Counted from the first letter of the stretch, positions 28,115 through 38,614 are shown. The stretch is 64,000 nucleotides of DNA from Acidobacteriota bacterium (GCA_965217775.1 CBDCJH010000002.1:3552001-3616000); one strand, 5' to 3'. The notes: generated by a model from the sequence alone, not told the origin. Numbers and translations are program-made.

Positions 28115-30946
28115 TCACCGGCGGCGGTAGGGATACAGATCGAGGATCCGCTCCTCCCCGGGCCTCCGGGGTGGGCGAATCAATCGCTCTTCCTCCAAGG
28201 GAAAATGGGCCATCCAGATGTCTCCCATCCTCTCTTTCAGAGTGAATACGAGTTTGTCCCGGGCGACGTTGGTCCTCAGTGAGCTGGGCGAGACACCTGC
28301 CAGTGACAGGCGGGTCTCGCGAAAATGCCAGACCAATCTGGGATCTCCCACCGGCCGTCTGTCTTTCGGGTCCAGCTCTTGCACCCAGATACCGCGGGCT
28401 CCCCCTCGGTTGGAGACGAAGTACAGGAGTTTTCCGTTCGGGGACCAGCCGGTCATCCCGTCCCGGTCCTGTCCGTCCGTGACGGCCACCCACCGCTCGG
28501 GGGCGATGCCCGAGCTTTCATGGAACTCTTCCTGGCGGAAGGGAGCCACATAGATTCTGGCCTGAAGTGGATCCTCGACCACGGTAAACGCGACCCATCG
28601 GTCAGCAGGGTCGAGCTTGGCCTGAACCACGCTGTGTTGGGGATGCTCCAACAGCTTGAGCCGCCTCCCACTGGTCACGTCCAGCAGATCGACCCGGAAC
28701 CTTTTCCCCCCCCGAATCCGGTCCAACACCAGGATTTCGTCTCCCTGAGAGGACCAGTCCAGAGGCAGGCCACAGTCCTGACAGACGGAGGTCCTGAGGG
28801 TCTGTCTGCGGGCCTCCACTCGGTAGATGCCCCGTTCCTCCGAATCGGATTCCCCGGAACTATAGGCGACCTGGATTCCATCGGTCCGGATCCGGGGACG
28901 GCGTTCTTCTCCAGGACTCTCGGTGAGGTTGGTCTTCGTGCCCGACTCCAGTTCCATGAGCCAGATGTCCCGATTCCCGGAACGGGTGGACTCGAAGGCC
29001 ATCAGACTTCCGTCCGCGGACAGGGAGGGATGGGAATCCTCTCCCGCATGTTGCGTGAGCCGCTGCAGGCGCGCCCCCTCCGGCACGCGTCCGCGATCGG
29101 CGTCGATGGCCAGACTCCAGAGATCCAGGTTCTCGATCTGTGAGGAAAAGGCGATCCGGCCCGGCAGAACCGCGTAAGGCTCCAGCTCGGGGCCGACGCC
29201 GGACGTGATCTGCCGGGGCTCGCCCTCGAGAGACATCGTCCGGGGAGAAATGGCCACGCGCCACAAGTTGACGCTGTCCCCCCGGCGGGCGGAGAAGACG
29301 ATGAAGTTGTCGATGGGCACCCAGACCCCGGGGATCACCAAGCCGGATATTCCAGCCTGTGGCAACCTGGCCGCCAGACCCAACCTCCGGATATCACCGT
29401 CTTCCAGCCGAAGAATCCACCAGTCAAAGTCTTTGTCGCGGGTGGAGGATTCCCAGCCCAGGAATACGATGTGATCCCCCCGGGGAGACCAGATGGGATG
29501 ACTCGCAATCGCGAAACTCTCCGCCAGTTGAGTCCGGGCCCGGCTTGAACTCCAGCCGATGGTAAAGAGGGAACCTCGCCTGAAGCCGCCGCCGACACGT
29601 CCCGTCCAGTAGGCGATGCGGTCGCCCTGGGGGGAGACCCGGGGGCGGCGCCCGCGCTCGACGATGAACCGGGCGCCAGCCTCGTCCGCCAGGGTCGTGG
29701 TCCAGTAGAGACCTCCTCCGCGCCGCTCCGATCGAAACACCATTCTCGTTCCGTCGGGATGAAAGGAAGGCTGGTGGTCGTCGGCCGGGTCCCGAGTCCG
29801 CCGAAAGCCGCCCCCGCCCAGTTGTTGAACCCAGATGTCCAGGTTTCCCTCGCCGCTCCGGTCCGACGCATATCCCAGCAACCGTCCCCGGCGGGATATG
29901 GCCGGATCGACCGTAAGTCCCGAAACCGACGTCACCCGGGTCAGCACGGGTGGCCGCATCAGCCTGGCAGGATCCCCGGCGGTTCCCCACCACAACCCTC
30001 CGAACAGAACCGCTGCCAGAGCCAAGCCGGCGACGGCGAGCTGCCAGAGGTTCAACGACGAAATCCGGCGTCTCCACCGCCGTGGGCTCTGCAACTCCTG
30101 GAGCACATCTTCGAGCGCAAGACGCAGGTCCCGCATGTGTTGGAAACGCCGCTCAGGATCCTTCCGCAGGCAGCGGGCCACGACCCACTCCAATTGTTGG
30201 GGGACGCCACGCAACCGCCTTCCCAGGGGTTTGGGCTCCTTCTCCAGAATCCCCGCCAGCACCCTCGCCTGAGTCTTTCCCGGAAAGGCCTTGCGGCCGG
30301 CAATCATCTCGTAGAGCAGCGAACCGAAGGAAAAAATGTCCGTTCGCGGATCCAGGGGTATCCCTTCCACCTGTTCGGGACTCATGTAGGGAGCCGTACC
30401 CAGGATCCGCCCTTCTTTGGTCTTCTCGTCAATCAAGGTGGGAGAATGAGTCAGATCCAGAGACTCGGAACTTTCGTCGATGGCCTTGGCCAGGCCGAAG
30501 TCCAGAACCTTGACCCTGTCGTCGGGCGTAATCATCACGTTGGCCGGCTTCAGGTCCCGGTGGATGACTCCTTTTTCGTGGGCGGCCTCCAACCCTCGAG
30601 CAATCTCCACCGCGTAACGCACGGCTTTCTTCGAGGGCAGAGAACCTTTTTCCAGGAGCTGCGCCAGTGTCTTTCCTTCCACCAGCTCCAGAATGAAGAA
30701 CTTCTGGTCGTTCGCCTCCTCGAACCCGTAGATGGCCGCGATGTTGGAGTGGTTGAGAGAAGCCAGGACCCGAGCCTCCCGCTGAAAACGGGAGAGGCGT
30801 TCGGAGTCCTCGGCGTAGCCCGGGGGGAGGATCTTGATGGCGACCTGGCGGTTCAAGCGCGTATCCCGGGCGCGGTAGACCTCGCCCATCCCCCCGGCTC
30901 CGAGGGGGCCGATGATCTCGTAGCTGCCGAGCAGATCGTCAGGCAT
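28115..30946 (-). CDS. Ser/Thr protein kinase with TM and TolB/PD40 beta-propeller repeats
   Basis: GAGGMGEVY, VAIK, HRDLKPAN, DFGLAK, YMSPEQ; TM; repeated PxxSPDG-like motifs. Confidence 0.95.
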   Translation of the reverse strand: MPDDLLGSYEIIGPLGAGGMGEVYRARDTRLNRQVAIKILPPGYAEDSERLSRFQREARVLASLNHSNIAAIYGFEEANDQKFFILELVEGKTLAQLLEKGSLPSKKAVRYAVEIARGLEAAHEKGVIHRDLKPANVMITPDDRVKVLDFGLAKAIDESSESLDLTHSPTLIDEKTKEGRILGTAPYMSPEQVEGIPLDPRTDIFSFGSLLYEMIAGRKAFPGKTQARVLAGILEKEPKPLGRRLRGVPQQLEWVVARCLRKDPERRFQHMRDLRLALEDVLQELQSPRRWRRRISSLNLWQLAVAGLALAAVLFGGLWWGTAGDPARLMRPPVLTRVTSVSGLTVDPAISRRGRLLGYASDRSGEGNLDIWVQQLGGGGFRRTRDPADDHQPSFHPDGTRMVFRSERRGGGLYWTTTLADEAGARFIVERGRRPRVSPQGDRIAYWTGRVGGGFRRGSLFTIGWSSSRARTQLAESFAIASHPIWSPRGDHIVFLGWESSTRDKDFDWWILRLEDGDIRRLGLAARLPQAGISGLVIPGVWVPIDNFIVFSARRGDSVNLWRVAISPRTMSLEGEPRQITSGVGPELEPYAVLPGRIAFSSQIENLDLWSLAIDADRGRVPEGARLQRLTQHAGEDSHPSLSADGSLMAFESTRSGNRDIWLMELESGTKTNLTESPGEERRPRIRTDGIQVAYSSGESDSEERGIYRVEARRQTLRTSVCQDCGLPLDWSSQGDEILVLDRIRGGKRFRVDLLDVTSGRRLKLLEHPQHSVVQAKLDPADRWVAFTVVEDPLQARIYVAPFRQEEFHESSGIAPERWVAVTDGQDRDGMTGWSPNGKLLYFVSNRGGARGIWVQELDPKDRRPVGDPRLVWHFRETRLSLAGVSPSSLRTNVARDKLVFTLKERMGDIWMAHFPLEEERLIRPPRRPGEERILDLYPYRRR

Positions 30947-32585
30947 TTCCGGCGTCCAGTTTCTCCACCACCAGAACCGTGAGATCGTCGTCGGCCGAGG
31001 CCTGACCCATGAAGCTCGGGACGGCCGCCAGGATGGCCTCCTGGACCGCGGCCCCTCCGGAAGCCGCCGATTCCCGGACGACGTCCATCAAATGCGCTTC
31101 TCCGAACATTTCCCCGTTCGGATCCATGGCCTCGGTCACCCCATCTGAATATACGACGAGAATGTCGCCGACGTTCAGTCGGAAGGGAACGGAGTCGTAG
31201 GTGACGTCTTCGAAGGCGCCCAGAATCATGCCGCATGGGGAAAGCTCCTCGATCCCGCCGGTCGCCACCCGATAGACGAACGCGGGGTTGTGGCCGGCGC
31301 TCACGTACTTCCCCTCACCCGAGGGTTTGACCCGGAAGAGAAAGAGGGTGACGAAACGGTTGCTCGGAGTCTTCTGGAAGAGGTGGTTGTTGGCTCCGGT
31401 GACGGCCTCCCCCAAGGATAAACTGGAGCCGAATCCAACCTCCAGGACCCCCTGGAGAAAGGAGCTCAGCAACGCGGCGGGGACGCCCTTTCCCGACACG
31501 TCCGCCAGAACGCCCGTCAGGTCCTCGCTGTCCGGATCGAGAAAGTCGTAGTAGTCGCCCCCCACGTAACGAGTGGGCGTGCTGGAGGCATGAACGCTGA
31601 AGGACCCGGAATCGGGAAGGGTCTGGGGAAGAAGAGCGCGTTGCGTCGCCTGGGCCAAGGCCAGTTCCTGTTGGACCCGCTTCCGCTCCTCCAGGCTCCG
31701 GATCAATTCCAGCTTCTCGAAAACGTTGGAGGCCTCCAGGGCCAGCCGGGTCAGGATCTTCTGATCCAGGCCGCTGAGCATGTGCATGGCCTTCCGGCTG
31801 TCCAGGTAGAGGATGCCCCGAACCGCCGGCCGGTCGCCGTCGTCGGAGATCCACTTCAGGGGCATGCAGGCCACCGCTCGAAGCCGCATGTTGACGATGC
31901 TCTCCTGGGCGGCGAACTCCTGGTCGATGCCCTCGGTCATCAAGAGCGATTCCCCTTGTCTGCCCACCTGCTCGACCACGGTACGGCTGGTGCTGAACTC
32001 GCTCTCCGAGAGGTGCTCGCCCCGGTGGTCCATCCCCACCACGTAGTCGAACTTCCGTCCCGAGAAGGTCAGCAGAAATCCCCGCTCCGCTCCACTCACC
32101 CGCAACGCCGACTCCAGCAGTTGACCCAACATCCGGTCTGCCGAAAAGGTCTGGCCCCATTGATATTGGAAATCCAGGATGTGGGAGATCTTCTCCAACT
32201 CCGAAGCAGCCGACGCGACGGGGGGAAGCACCGCCGAAAGCTGCAGGACGGACTTCTCCAAGTTCAGAGTCCTTTTCCCGTCCGTCTCCACCGAGCCCAG
32301 ATAACTGAACTCGCTGGGACCGGGTCCCATTCGGATCTTGTCTCCGGCCTCCAGGACCCGTTCCTGGACACGTTTCCCATTGACGAAGGTCCCGTGGGTG
32401 CTGTTCAGATCAATGACGGTGTAGCCCCGTTCCTGCCGCACCAACCGGGCATGCCGCCGCGAGACGTAGGGATCGGTCAGGACGATATCCGAATCGGACC
32501 TGCGCCCGACGAACAGTTCCTGCTTCCGCAGCGCCATCCGGCGAGGTTGCCCGCCCTGACGCCACTCCACGTAATGAGTGCCCAT
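30939..32585 (-). CDS. FHA-GAF-PP2C (SpoIIE family) phosphatase
   Basis: FHA GR..S.RH..S.HGT.VNG; GAF GILYLDSR; PP2C GGDYYD, ADVSGKG, SDGVTEA, DDLT. Confidence 0.93.
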   Translation of the reverse strand: MGTHYVEWRQGGQPRRMALRKQELFVGRRSDSDIVLTDPYVSRRHARLVRQERGYTVIDLNSTHGTFVNGKRVQERVLEAGDKIRMGPGPSEFSYLGSVETDGKRTLNLEKSVLQLSAVLPPVASAASELEKISHILDFQYQWGQTFSADRMLGQLLESALRVSGAERGFLLTFSGRKFDYVVGMDHRGEHLSESEFSTSRTVVEQVGRQGESLLMTEGIDQEFAAQESIVNMRLRAVACMPLKWISDDGDRPAVRGILYLDSRKAMHMLSGLDQKILTRLALEASNVFEKLELIRSLEERKRVQQELALAQATQRALLPQTLPDSGSFSVHASSTPTRYVGGDYYDFLDPDSEDLTGVLADVSGKGVPAALLSSFLQGVLEVGFGSSLSLGEAVTGANNHLFQKTPSNRFVTLFLFRVKPSGEGKYVSAGHNPAFVYRVATGGIEELSPCGMILGAFEDVTYDSVPFRLNVGDILVVYSDGVTEAMDPNGEMFGEAHLMDVVRESAASGGAAVQEAILAAVPSFMGQASADDDLTVLVVEKLDAGNA

Positions 32586-33020
32586 TCCCTCCCTCACGAC
32601 GGCTCGTGGCAACAGATCTCCCGGAATCCGTCCGACGCCGCACCTCGCCGGACCGGGTTGCTCATCGATAACATACGCACCCGTAGGCTCGACGTTTCGT
32701 TCGGTCCGCCGGGCACCACCCCGGCCTCAATGCTCCACTGGCCTTGCACCGGGGTCACCCGAAGCAGAACCGCACTCGCATTATAGACGCGCCTCGATCC
32801 CAAAAGCGTATGCCTGGACGGCGAACCCCCGGAATCCCTCGGAAGAGGCGATTTGGAGTTGACTTTTGGAGGTTTTTGCTGGATATGAGTGGGAGTGCGC
32901 AGGGCGTCTGCACCCAGGGTCCCTGACAGTGTAGAATGGCCTCTCCGGATCGAACCACGCGGATTTCAGGTAGTCGAACGGGATGACTTTACCCCACAGA
33001 CGAGAGGAGAAGACAACACT

Positions 33021-33905
33021 GTGAAGGCACTAGGTTACGCATGCCCCGAAACGCTGGAGGAGGCGGTAGCGCTGATGGCCGAATACGACGGCCGCGCCCG
33101 TCCTCTGGCCGGGGGAACCGACATCATCGTCCAAGTGAGGGAGGGCCATCGCGACCTGGACCTGATGTTGGACGTCAAGCGGATTCCCCAGCTCCGGCAA
33201 CTGACTCACGATGCGGCGGAAGGACTGGTCCTGGGGGCCGCGGTCCCCTGCTGTGAATTCTACGAAGACAGCGAGATCGCGTCCCTTTACCCCGGCCTTG
33301 TGGACGCCGCCGAGCTGGTGGGAGGGACCGCCATCCAGAACCGCGCTTCTTTCGGCGGCAACCTCTGCAACTCCTCGCCGGCAGCGGACACCATTCCCAC
33401 CCTGATCGCCCACGAAGCCGTCTGCGTGATCGCCGGTCCGGGCGGCCGGCGCGAAGTGCCGGTGGAGAGTTTCTGCACCGGCCCCGGACGCAACGTCCTG
33501 GGACGGGGAGAGTTGCTGGTCTCCTTGCGGATCCCGACCCCTGGTCCGAACGCGGGGGCGCACTATCTTCGCTTCATCCCGCGAAACGAGATGGACATCG
33601 CCGTCGTCGGTGCGGGATCGGCAGTGGTGCTGAACGACGCCGGCGACAGCTTCGTCTCCGGGCGCGTCGGATTGGGCGCGGTGGCGCCCACCCCGCTGTT
33701 GGTGGAGGAAGCCGGCGAGGTGTTGTCGGGGAGTCCGGTCTCGGACGCCGTCATCGACCAGGCGGCCGCGGCGGCCAGCAGGGCGGCGCGCCCCATCAGC
33801 GACATGCGGGGAACCATCGAGCAGCGGAAACACCTGTCCGGCGTCCTGACCCGCAGGACACTCGTGAAGGCCGTCGCCCGAGCCAGAGGGGAGTCGAATT
33901 CATGA
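33021..33905 (+). CDS. Xanthine dehydrogenase-family FAD-binding subunit (CoxM/CutM-like)
   Basis: LAGGTD, IQNRASFGGNLCN.SPAAD, GAVAPTP; GTG start with RBS. Confidence 0.92.
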   Translation: MKALGYACPETLEEAVALMAEYDGRARPLAGGTDIIVQVREGHRDLDLMLDVKRIPQLRQLTHDAAEGLVLGAAVPCCEFYEDSEIASLYPGLVDAAELVGGTAIQNRASFGGNLCNSSPAADTIPTLIAHEAVCVIAGPGGRREVPVESFCTGPGRNVLGRGELLVSLRIPTPGPNAGAHYLRFIPRNEMDIAVVGAGSAVVLNDAGDSFVSGRVGLGAVAPTPLLVEEAGEVLSGSPVSDAVIDQAAAAASRAARPISDMRGTIEQRKHLSGVLTRRTLVKAVARARGESNS

Positions 33906-34402
33906 GCGTTACAGCCGCCGACCAGAAGCTACACATCCGGACCCGGATCAACAACGAAGCCGCCGAGTTCCTGTGCGAGCCGCGCCACAGCCTGTTGGAG
34001 GTGCTGCGCGACATTCTCCAGCTCACCGGCAGCAAGGAAGGGTGCAACAACGGCAACTGCGGCGCCTGCTGCGTCATCCTGGACGGACGCCTCGTCAACT
34101 CCTGCGTGGTGATGGCGGGCGAGATTCAGGGCGCCGAGATCACCACCATCGAGGGACTGGCGTCGGAATCCGGCGAACTGCACCCCTTGCAGCAGAAGTT
34201 CCTGGAACACGCCGCACTTCAGTGCGGCATCTGCACCCCCGGGTTCATCGTCGCCGCCAAGGCCCTTCTGGACCGGAATCCCGATCCTTCCGAACACGAC
34301 GTTCGCCTGTGGCTGGCGGGAAACCTATGCCGCTGCACAGGTTACGACAAGATCATTCGAGCCGTATTGGACACTGCCGCGCAGACCAACGGCAACGGCT
34401 AA
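33902..34402 (+). CDS. 2Fe-2S subunit (CoxS/CutS-like)
   Basis: GC..G.CGAC, QCGICTPG, GNLCRCTGY. Confidence 0.95.
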   Translation: MSVTAADQKLHIRTRINNEAAEFLCEPRHSLLEVLRDILQLTGSKEGCNNGNCGACCVILDGRLVNSCVVMAGEIQGAEITTIEGLASESGELHPLQQKFLEHAALQCGICTPGFIVAAKALLDRNPDPSEHDVRLWLAGNLCRCTGYDKIIRAVLDTAAQTNGNG

Positions 34403-34422
34403 CCGAGGGGGAGTCAAGACTG

Positions 34423-36720
34423 ATGGCTACAGCAACCAAAACCGCACCGGAAACCCAGTCCGAATACAAGGTCATCGGCACCCGTCCCATCCGCCACGAC
34501 GGAGTGGACAAGGTCACCGGAAGGGCCCAATACGGCGCCGACGTGTACCTGACGGGCATGTTGCACGGCAACGTTCTGCGCAGCCCCCACGCCCACGCCA
34601 GGATCGTATCCATCGATGCCGGCAGGGCGCTGGCCCTACCCGGCGTGAAGGCGGTGGTCACGGGTAAGGACCTGCCCGATCCGGGAGACAAGATCGCCAA
34701 CCTGGGGGAGGCGTCGTCGCCCCTGCGGCATCTTTCCCTCAACGTGCTGGCCCGGGACAAGGTCCTGTACCAGGGACACGCCGTCGCCGCAGTGGCGGCC
34801 ACCGACCCGCATCTGGCCGAGGAAGCGGCGGGCCTGATCGAAGTGGAGTACGAGGTCCTTCCGCCGGTGATGGACGTCATGGAGGCCATGAAGGACGGGG
34901 CGCCGCTCCTGGACGAGAGTCTCCGCACCAAGGCCTTCGGAGCCGTCGGCGACAAGCCGACCAACGTCGCCGATCACATCCACTTCAAGTTGGGTGACGT
35001 GGAGAAGGGGTTTGCCGAAGCCGATGTGGTGGTGGAGAGGGAATTCACCACCCAGACCGTGCACCAGGGTTACATCGAGCCCCACAACTGTACGGCCTTC
35101 TGGAATTCCGACGGCCAGCTCACCATCTGGCTCAGCACCCAGGGCTCCTTCACCAGCCGGGCCCAGACCTCCGAGATCCTGGGGGTTCCCATCTCCCAGG
35201 TCAAGGTGGTGCCCACCGAGATCGGCGGAGGCTTCGGCGGTAAGATCGCCACCTACCTGGAGCCGGCGGCGGCTCTTCTGTCCAAAGCCACCGGGCGGCC
35301 GGTGAAGATGCTCATGACGCGGGAGGAGGTGCTGCAGGCCACCGGTCCGACGCCGGCTTCGTTCATGCGCGTCAAGATGGGCGCCAAGAAGGATGGAACG
35401 CTCACCGCCGGGAGTTTCTGGGCCGCGTTCGACGCCGGCGGTTTTCCGGGATCGCCCATCGGCGCCGCCTGCATGTGCGTGTTCGCTCCCTACAACCTTC
35501 CCAACGGCGTCATCGACGGCTTCGACGTGCTGGTCAACAAGCCCAAGTCGTCCGCCTACCGGGCTCCCGGAGCGACCCATGCCGAGTTCGCCTCCGAGAC
35601 GGTGGTGGACGAGATCTGTGAGCAGTTGGGCATGGACCCCATAGAATTCCGCCTCAAGAACGCCTCTCGCGAGGGAGACCGGCGAGTCGACGGGCCCGTC
35701 TGGCCCCGGATCGGATGCGTGGAAACGGCCGAAGCCGCCCGTGAACATCCGCACTACGCGGCGCCGCTGGAGGGACCCAACCGGGGTCGCGGCGTGGCCA
35801 GCGGATTCTGGTTCAACGTGGGACTCAAATCCAGCGTTCACGCCAGTGTGAACCCGGACGGAAGGGTGAGCCTGGTGGAGGGCTCCACCGACATCGGAGG
35901 CACCCGAACCTCCGTGGCCATGCAGATGGCCGAGGTCCTGGGCATTCCGGCCGAGAGCGTCCGGCCCATCGTCGCGGACACGGACGCCGTCGGTTATACC
36001 GACGTGACCGGAGGCAGCCGAGTCACCTTCTCCACCGGCTATGCCGCGTACGAGGCAGCCCGGGACATCCAGAGTCAGATGGTCGAGCGCGCGGCCGTCC
36101 TCTGGGAGATCTCGGAGGATCAGGTCGAGGCTCGCGACGGGGACTACGTGGCCACCGACGGATCGGGCAGGAGCATTTCCTTCGCCGATCTGGCCGCCAA
36201 GATGGACGAGACCGGCGGACCCATCGTGGGCCGGGCAACGGTCGATCCCAAGGGTGTCGGCGGTGCGTTCTGTACCCAGATTGCCGACGTGGAAGTAGAC
36301 CCGGACACGGGAAAGGTCGAAATCCTCCGCTTCACAGTCGTCCAGGACGCAGGCCGGGCCATCCACCCCTCCTATGTGGAGGGTCAGATGCAAGGCGGAG
36401 CCGTCCAGGGCATCGGCTGGGCTCTGAACGAGGAGTACGTCTACAACGACAAGGGTCAGCTCCTGAACGGCAGCTTTCTGGACTACCGGATGCCGACGAG
36501 CCTGGACCTCCCCATGATCGACACCAAGATCGTGGAGGTGCCGAATCCGGGACATCCCTTCGGTGTGCGGGGAGTCGGAGAGGTCCCCATCGTGCCCCCG
36601 CCGGCCGCCATCGCCAACGCCGTCTATCAGGCGACGGGGTTGAGGCTCAGGGACCTGCCCATGAGCCCGCCCAGGGTATTGAAGGCGCTCCTGGAGAAGA
36701 ACGGAAACGGGTCGGGTTGA
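34423..36720 (+). CDS. Xanthine dehydrogenase-family molybdopterin-binding subunit
   Basis: KVTG.A.Y, RSPHAHA, GGGFGGK, AYRAPG, VEGQ..GG..QG.G, GVGE. Confidence 0.95.
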   Translation: MATATKTAPETQSEYKVIGTRPIRHDGVDKVTGRAQYGADVYLTGMLHGNVLRSPHAHARIVSIDAGRALALPGVKAVVTGKDLPDPGDKIANLGEASSPLRHLSLNVLARDKVLYQGHAVAAVAATDPHLAEEAAGLIEVEYEVLPPVMDVMEAMKDGAPLLDESLRTKAFGAVGDKPTNVADHIHFKLGDVEKGFAEADVVVEREFTTQTVHQGYIEPHNCTAFWNSDGQLTIWLSTQGSFTSRAQTSEILGVPISQVKVVPTEIGGGFGGKIATYLEPAAALLSKATGRPVKMLMTREEVLQATGPTPASFMRVKMGAKKDGTLTAGSFWAAFDAGGFPGSPIGAACMCVFAPYNLPNGVIDGFDVLVNKPKSSAYRAPGATHAEFASETVVDEICEQLGMDPIEFRLKNASREGDRRVDGPVWPRIGCVETAEAAREHPHYAAPLEGPNRGRGVASGFWFNVGLKSSVHASVNPDGRVSLVEGSTDIGGTRTSVAMQMAEVLGIPAESVRPIVADTDAVGYTDVTGGSRVTFSTGYAAYEAARDIQSQMVERAAVLWEISEDQVEARDGDYVATDGSGRSISFADLAAKMDETGGPIVGRATVDPKGVGGAFCTQIADVEVDPDTGKVEILRFTVVQDAGRAIHPSYVEGQMQGGAVQGIGWALNEEYVYNDKGQLLNGSFLDYRMPTSLDLPMIDTKIVEVPNPGHPFGVRGVGEVPIVPPPAAIANAVYQATGLRLRDLPMSPPRVLKALLEKNGNGSG

Positions 36721-36761
36721 ACCGCCACCCGGCTCCGAGCCGAGGTTCGCACAAGAACTCC

Positions 36762-37040
36762 ATGCCCACAGCCTGGATTCCCCCGCCGATGCAAGAGCTC
36801 ACGAATGGTCGGGAGCAGGTCGAGGTTCGTGGACGGACCGTTCGAGAACTCATCGATCAGTTGGATCAAGAGTACCCTGGAATCGGGGACCGTCTCCGCG
36901 AGGGCAATCGACTGCGAAGCGGCGTTGCGGTTTCGGTCGACGGTGTGATTTCGCCCGAAGGGCTGCGGGCCCGCCTGCGGACCGGCAGCGAAGTCCATTT
37001 TCTGCCGGCCATCGCCGGAGGAAGCCGGAGGCGGAAGTAG
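36762..37040 (+). CDS. MoaD/ThiS-family sulfur carrier
   Basis: G.TVRELI..L...YPG, V.VDG, PAIAGG followed by SRRRK. Confidence 0.85.
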   Translation: MPTAWIPPPMQELTNGREQVEVRGRTVRELIDQLDQEYPGIGDRLREGNRLRSGVAVSVDGVISPEGLRARLRTGSEVHFLPAIAGGSRRRK

Positions 37041-37044
37041 CGCC

Positions 37045-37392
37045 ATGGGAATGAGGGTTCTGAGCCGCGTGATGCTCATCCTCTTTTCCGCCGCCACGAT
37101 CCTTCAGTACAACGATCCAGACCTCCATATCTGGATGCCCGTCTACGGCTTGGCGGCTCTCTGGTCCTGGATGTCCTGGACCGGGAGGAGACTGCCCGAG
37201 CCCTGGGTGGAGTTCTTTGCATTGGCGTGCCTGCTGACGGTGGTCTATTTGGGAACGACGCTCCCGGAGGGGACATTGAACTATCGTCATGAGGAACTCA
37301 GTGAGTCGGGTGGCCTCCTGGTCACCGCCGTCTGGTCCCTGGTGCTCGCCCGGCGCCAGCGCATGGCGAGAAAACAAGCGGCGGCCTCGTGA
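37045..37392 (+). CDS. TMEM220-family membrane protein
   Basis: LQYNDPD..IW..VY and E..ESGGL motifs; four hydrophobic segments. Confidence 0.75.
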   Translation: MGMRVLSRVMLILFSAATILQYNDPDLHIWMPVYGLAALWSWMSWTGRRLPEPWVEFFALACLLTVVYLGTTLPEGTLNYRHEELSESGGLLVTAVWSLVLARRQRMARKQAAAS

Positions 37393-37402
37393 GGTTGGCA
37401 AC

Positions 37403-37711
37403 ATGAATCTTCCCGAAGCGGCGGTGGTCATCTATGGGGCCCTGGTGTCCCTGGGAGGGCTGATGGGTTATCTCAAGGCCCGCAGCATTCCTTCCCTGGT
37501 GCTGGGCCTTCTCTTTGGAGTGGCTCTCATTCTCTCGGCACTGTTCGCCGGCGCCGAAGGCGGGCTCCCGGCAGACCTGCCGCTGTGGCTGGTTCTGGGA
37601 CTGACGGTATTGTCCCTCTATCGCCTCAATCTGACTCGACGCTTCATGCCGGCCGGACTTCTGGTCCTCCTCGGCGCCATCGTGGCCGTCATCCTGTTGA
37701 CAGCCAGGTAA
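37403..37711 (+). CDS. TMEM14-family membrane protein
   Basis: YG.L...GG.MGY.KA.S..SL, R...T.RFMPAG. Confidence 0.8.
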   Translation: MNLPEAAVVIYGALVSLGGLMGYLKARSIPSLVLGLLFGVALILSALFAGAEGGLPADLPLWLVLGLTVLSLYRLNLTRRFMPAGLLVLLGAIVAVILLTAR

Positions 37712-37738
37712 CGCCCTGAGCACCCGGAACGTGTAACC

Positions 37739-38614
37739 ATGATGAAATCCCTGCCCCTGATCCTCCTGCTGGCCCTCGGACCCGCTCCTTCCCAGATCGA
37801 GACCCGGGTCTTGACCTCCATCCAGGACCTGATTCGCCAAGGAACCGGCATCAGCTTCTCCGAGCTTCAGAACGACCCCCAATTCAGCAAAGAGGAGAAG
37901 GAGTTCATTGGCAAGCTCTTCGAGACCCTGTTCCGCATCCCCGCCTTCGTCCAGAGCGAGCTGAAACGGACGGGCGAGCCCCCAACGCGGGCGCAGATCG
38001 GAGAACGGTTCGGCGTCGGCGTTCAATCCATCGAGCTGTTGCTGACCGTCATGGAAATCGATGGCCGTGTCCCCCGAATGTTCGACCGGGACCAGACCGG
38101 GGAGATCACCAGGGTCCACCGTCAGGGCCTGGCGGCGTTCCTTCAGCGTCACGGCAGCCCGGTCCGCGTCACCGGCTGGGAGGGAAGACCCGCACCCGAC
38201 TTCGATCTGCTGACCCTGGAGGGAGAGAGGCTGTCCAGCGCAAGCTTGAGAGGATCCAACGTCCTTCTCTATTTCTGGTTCACCGGCTGCCCGCCTTGTT
38301 CCCGCATCTCTCCCATCCTGGAAACCCTCCACCAGCGGTACGGAAACGATCGACTCCGGGTGGTGGGCCTGAACGCCGACCGGATCCTGGAGTTGACGGT
38401 GAACGACCGGGAACGGATCGAATACCTGAAAAAGCACGGGGTCTCCTTCCCCAACCTCCATCTGACCGAGGAGTCGCACAAGGCCTTCGGGAATATCAAC
38501 GTCTTCCCCACACTCTTTCTGTTGGACTCCTCCGGGACGGTGTTTCGGCGCCTGATCAACTACCAGAGTCAGGAGACCATGGACCAGGTGGTCTCCGAAC
38601 TGGTGCGACCCTGA
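37739..38614 (+). CDS. TlpA-family thiol-disulfide reductase with N-terminal extension
   Basis: APDF.L, WFTGCPPC, FPT.FL.D; signal peptide. Confidence 0.85.
   Translation: MMKSLPLILLLALGPAPSQIETRVLTSIQDLIRQGTGISFSELQNDPQFSKEEKEFIGKLFETLFRIPAFVQSELKRTGEPPTRAQIGERFGVGVQSIELLLTVMEIDGRVPRMFDRDQTGEITRVHRQGLAAFLQRHGSPVRVTGWEGRPAPDFDLLTLEGERLSSASLRGSNVLLYFWFTGCPPCSRISPILETLHQRYGNDRLRVVGLNADRILELTVNDRERIEYLKKHGVSFPNLHLTEESHKAFGNINVFPTLFLLDSSGTVFRRLINYQSQETMDQVVSELVRP

Noticed and set aside
33021-36720. Aerobic CO dehydrogenase (coxMSL)
   Set aside because: The active-site loop is AYRAPG, not AYRCSFR (form I) or AYRGAGR (form II).
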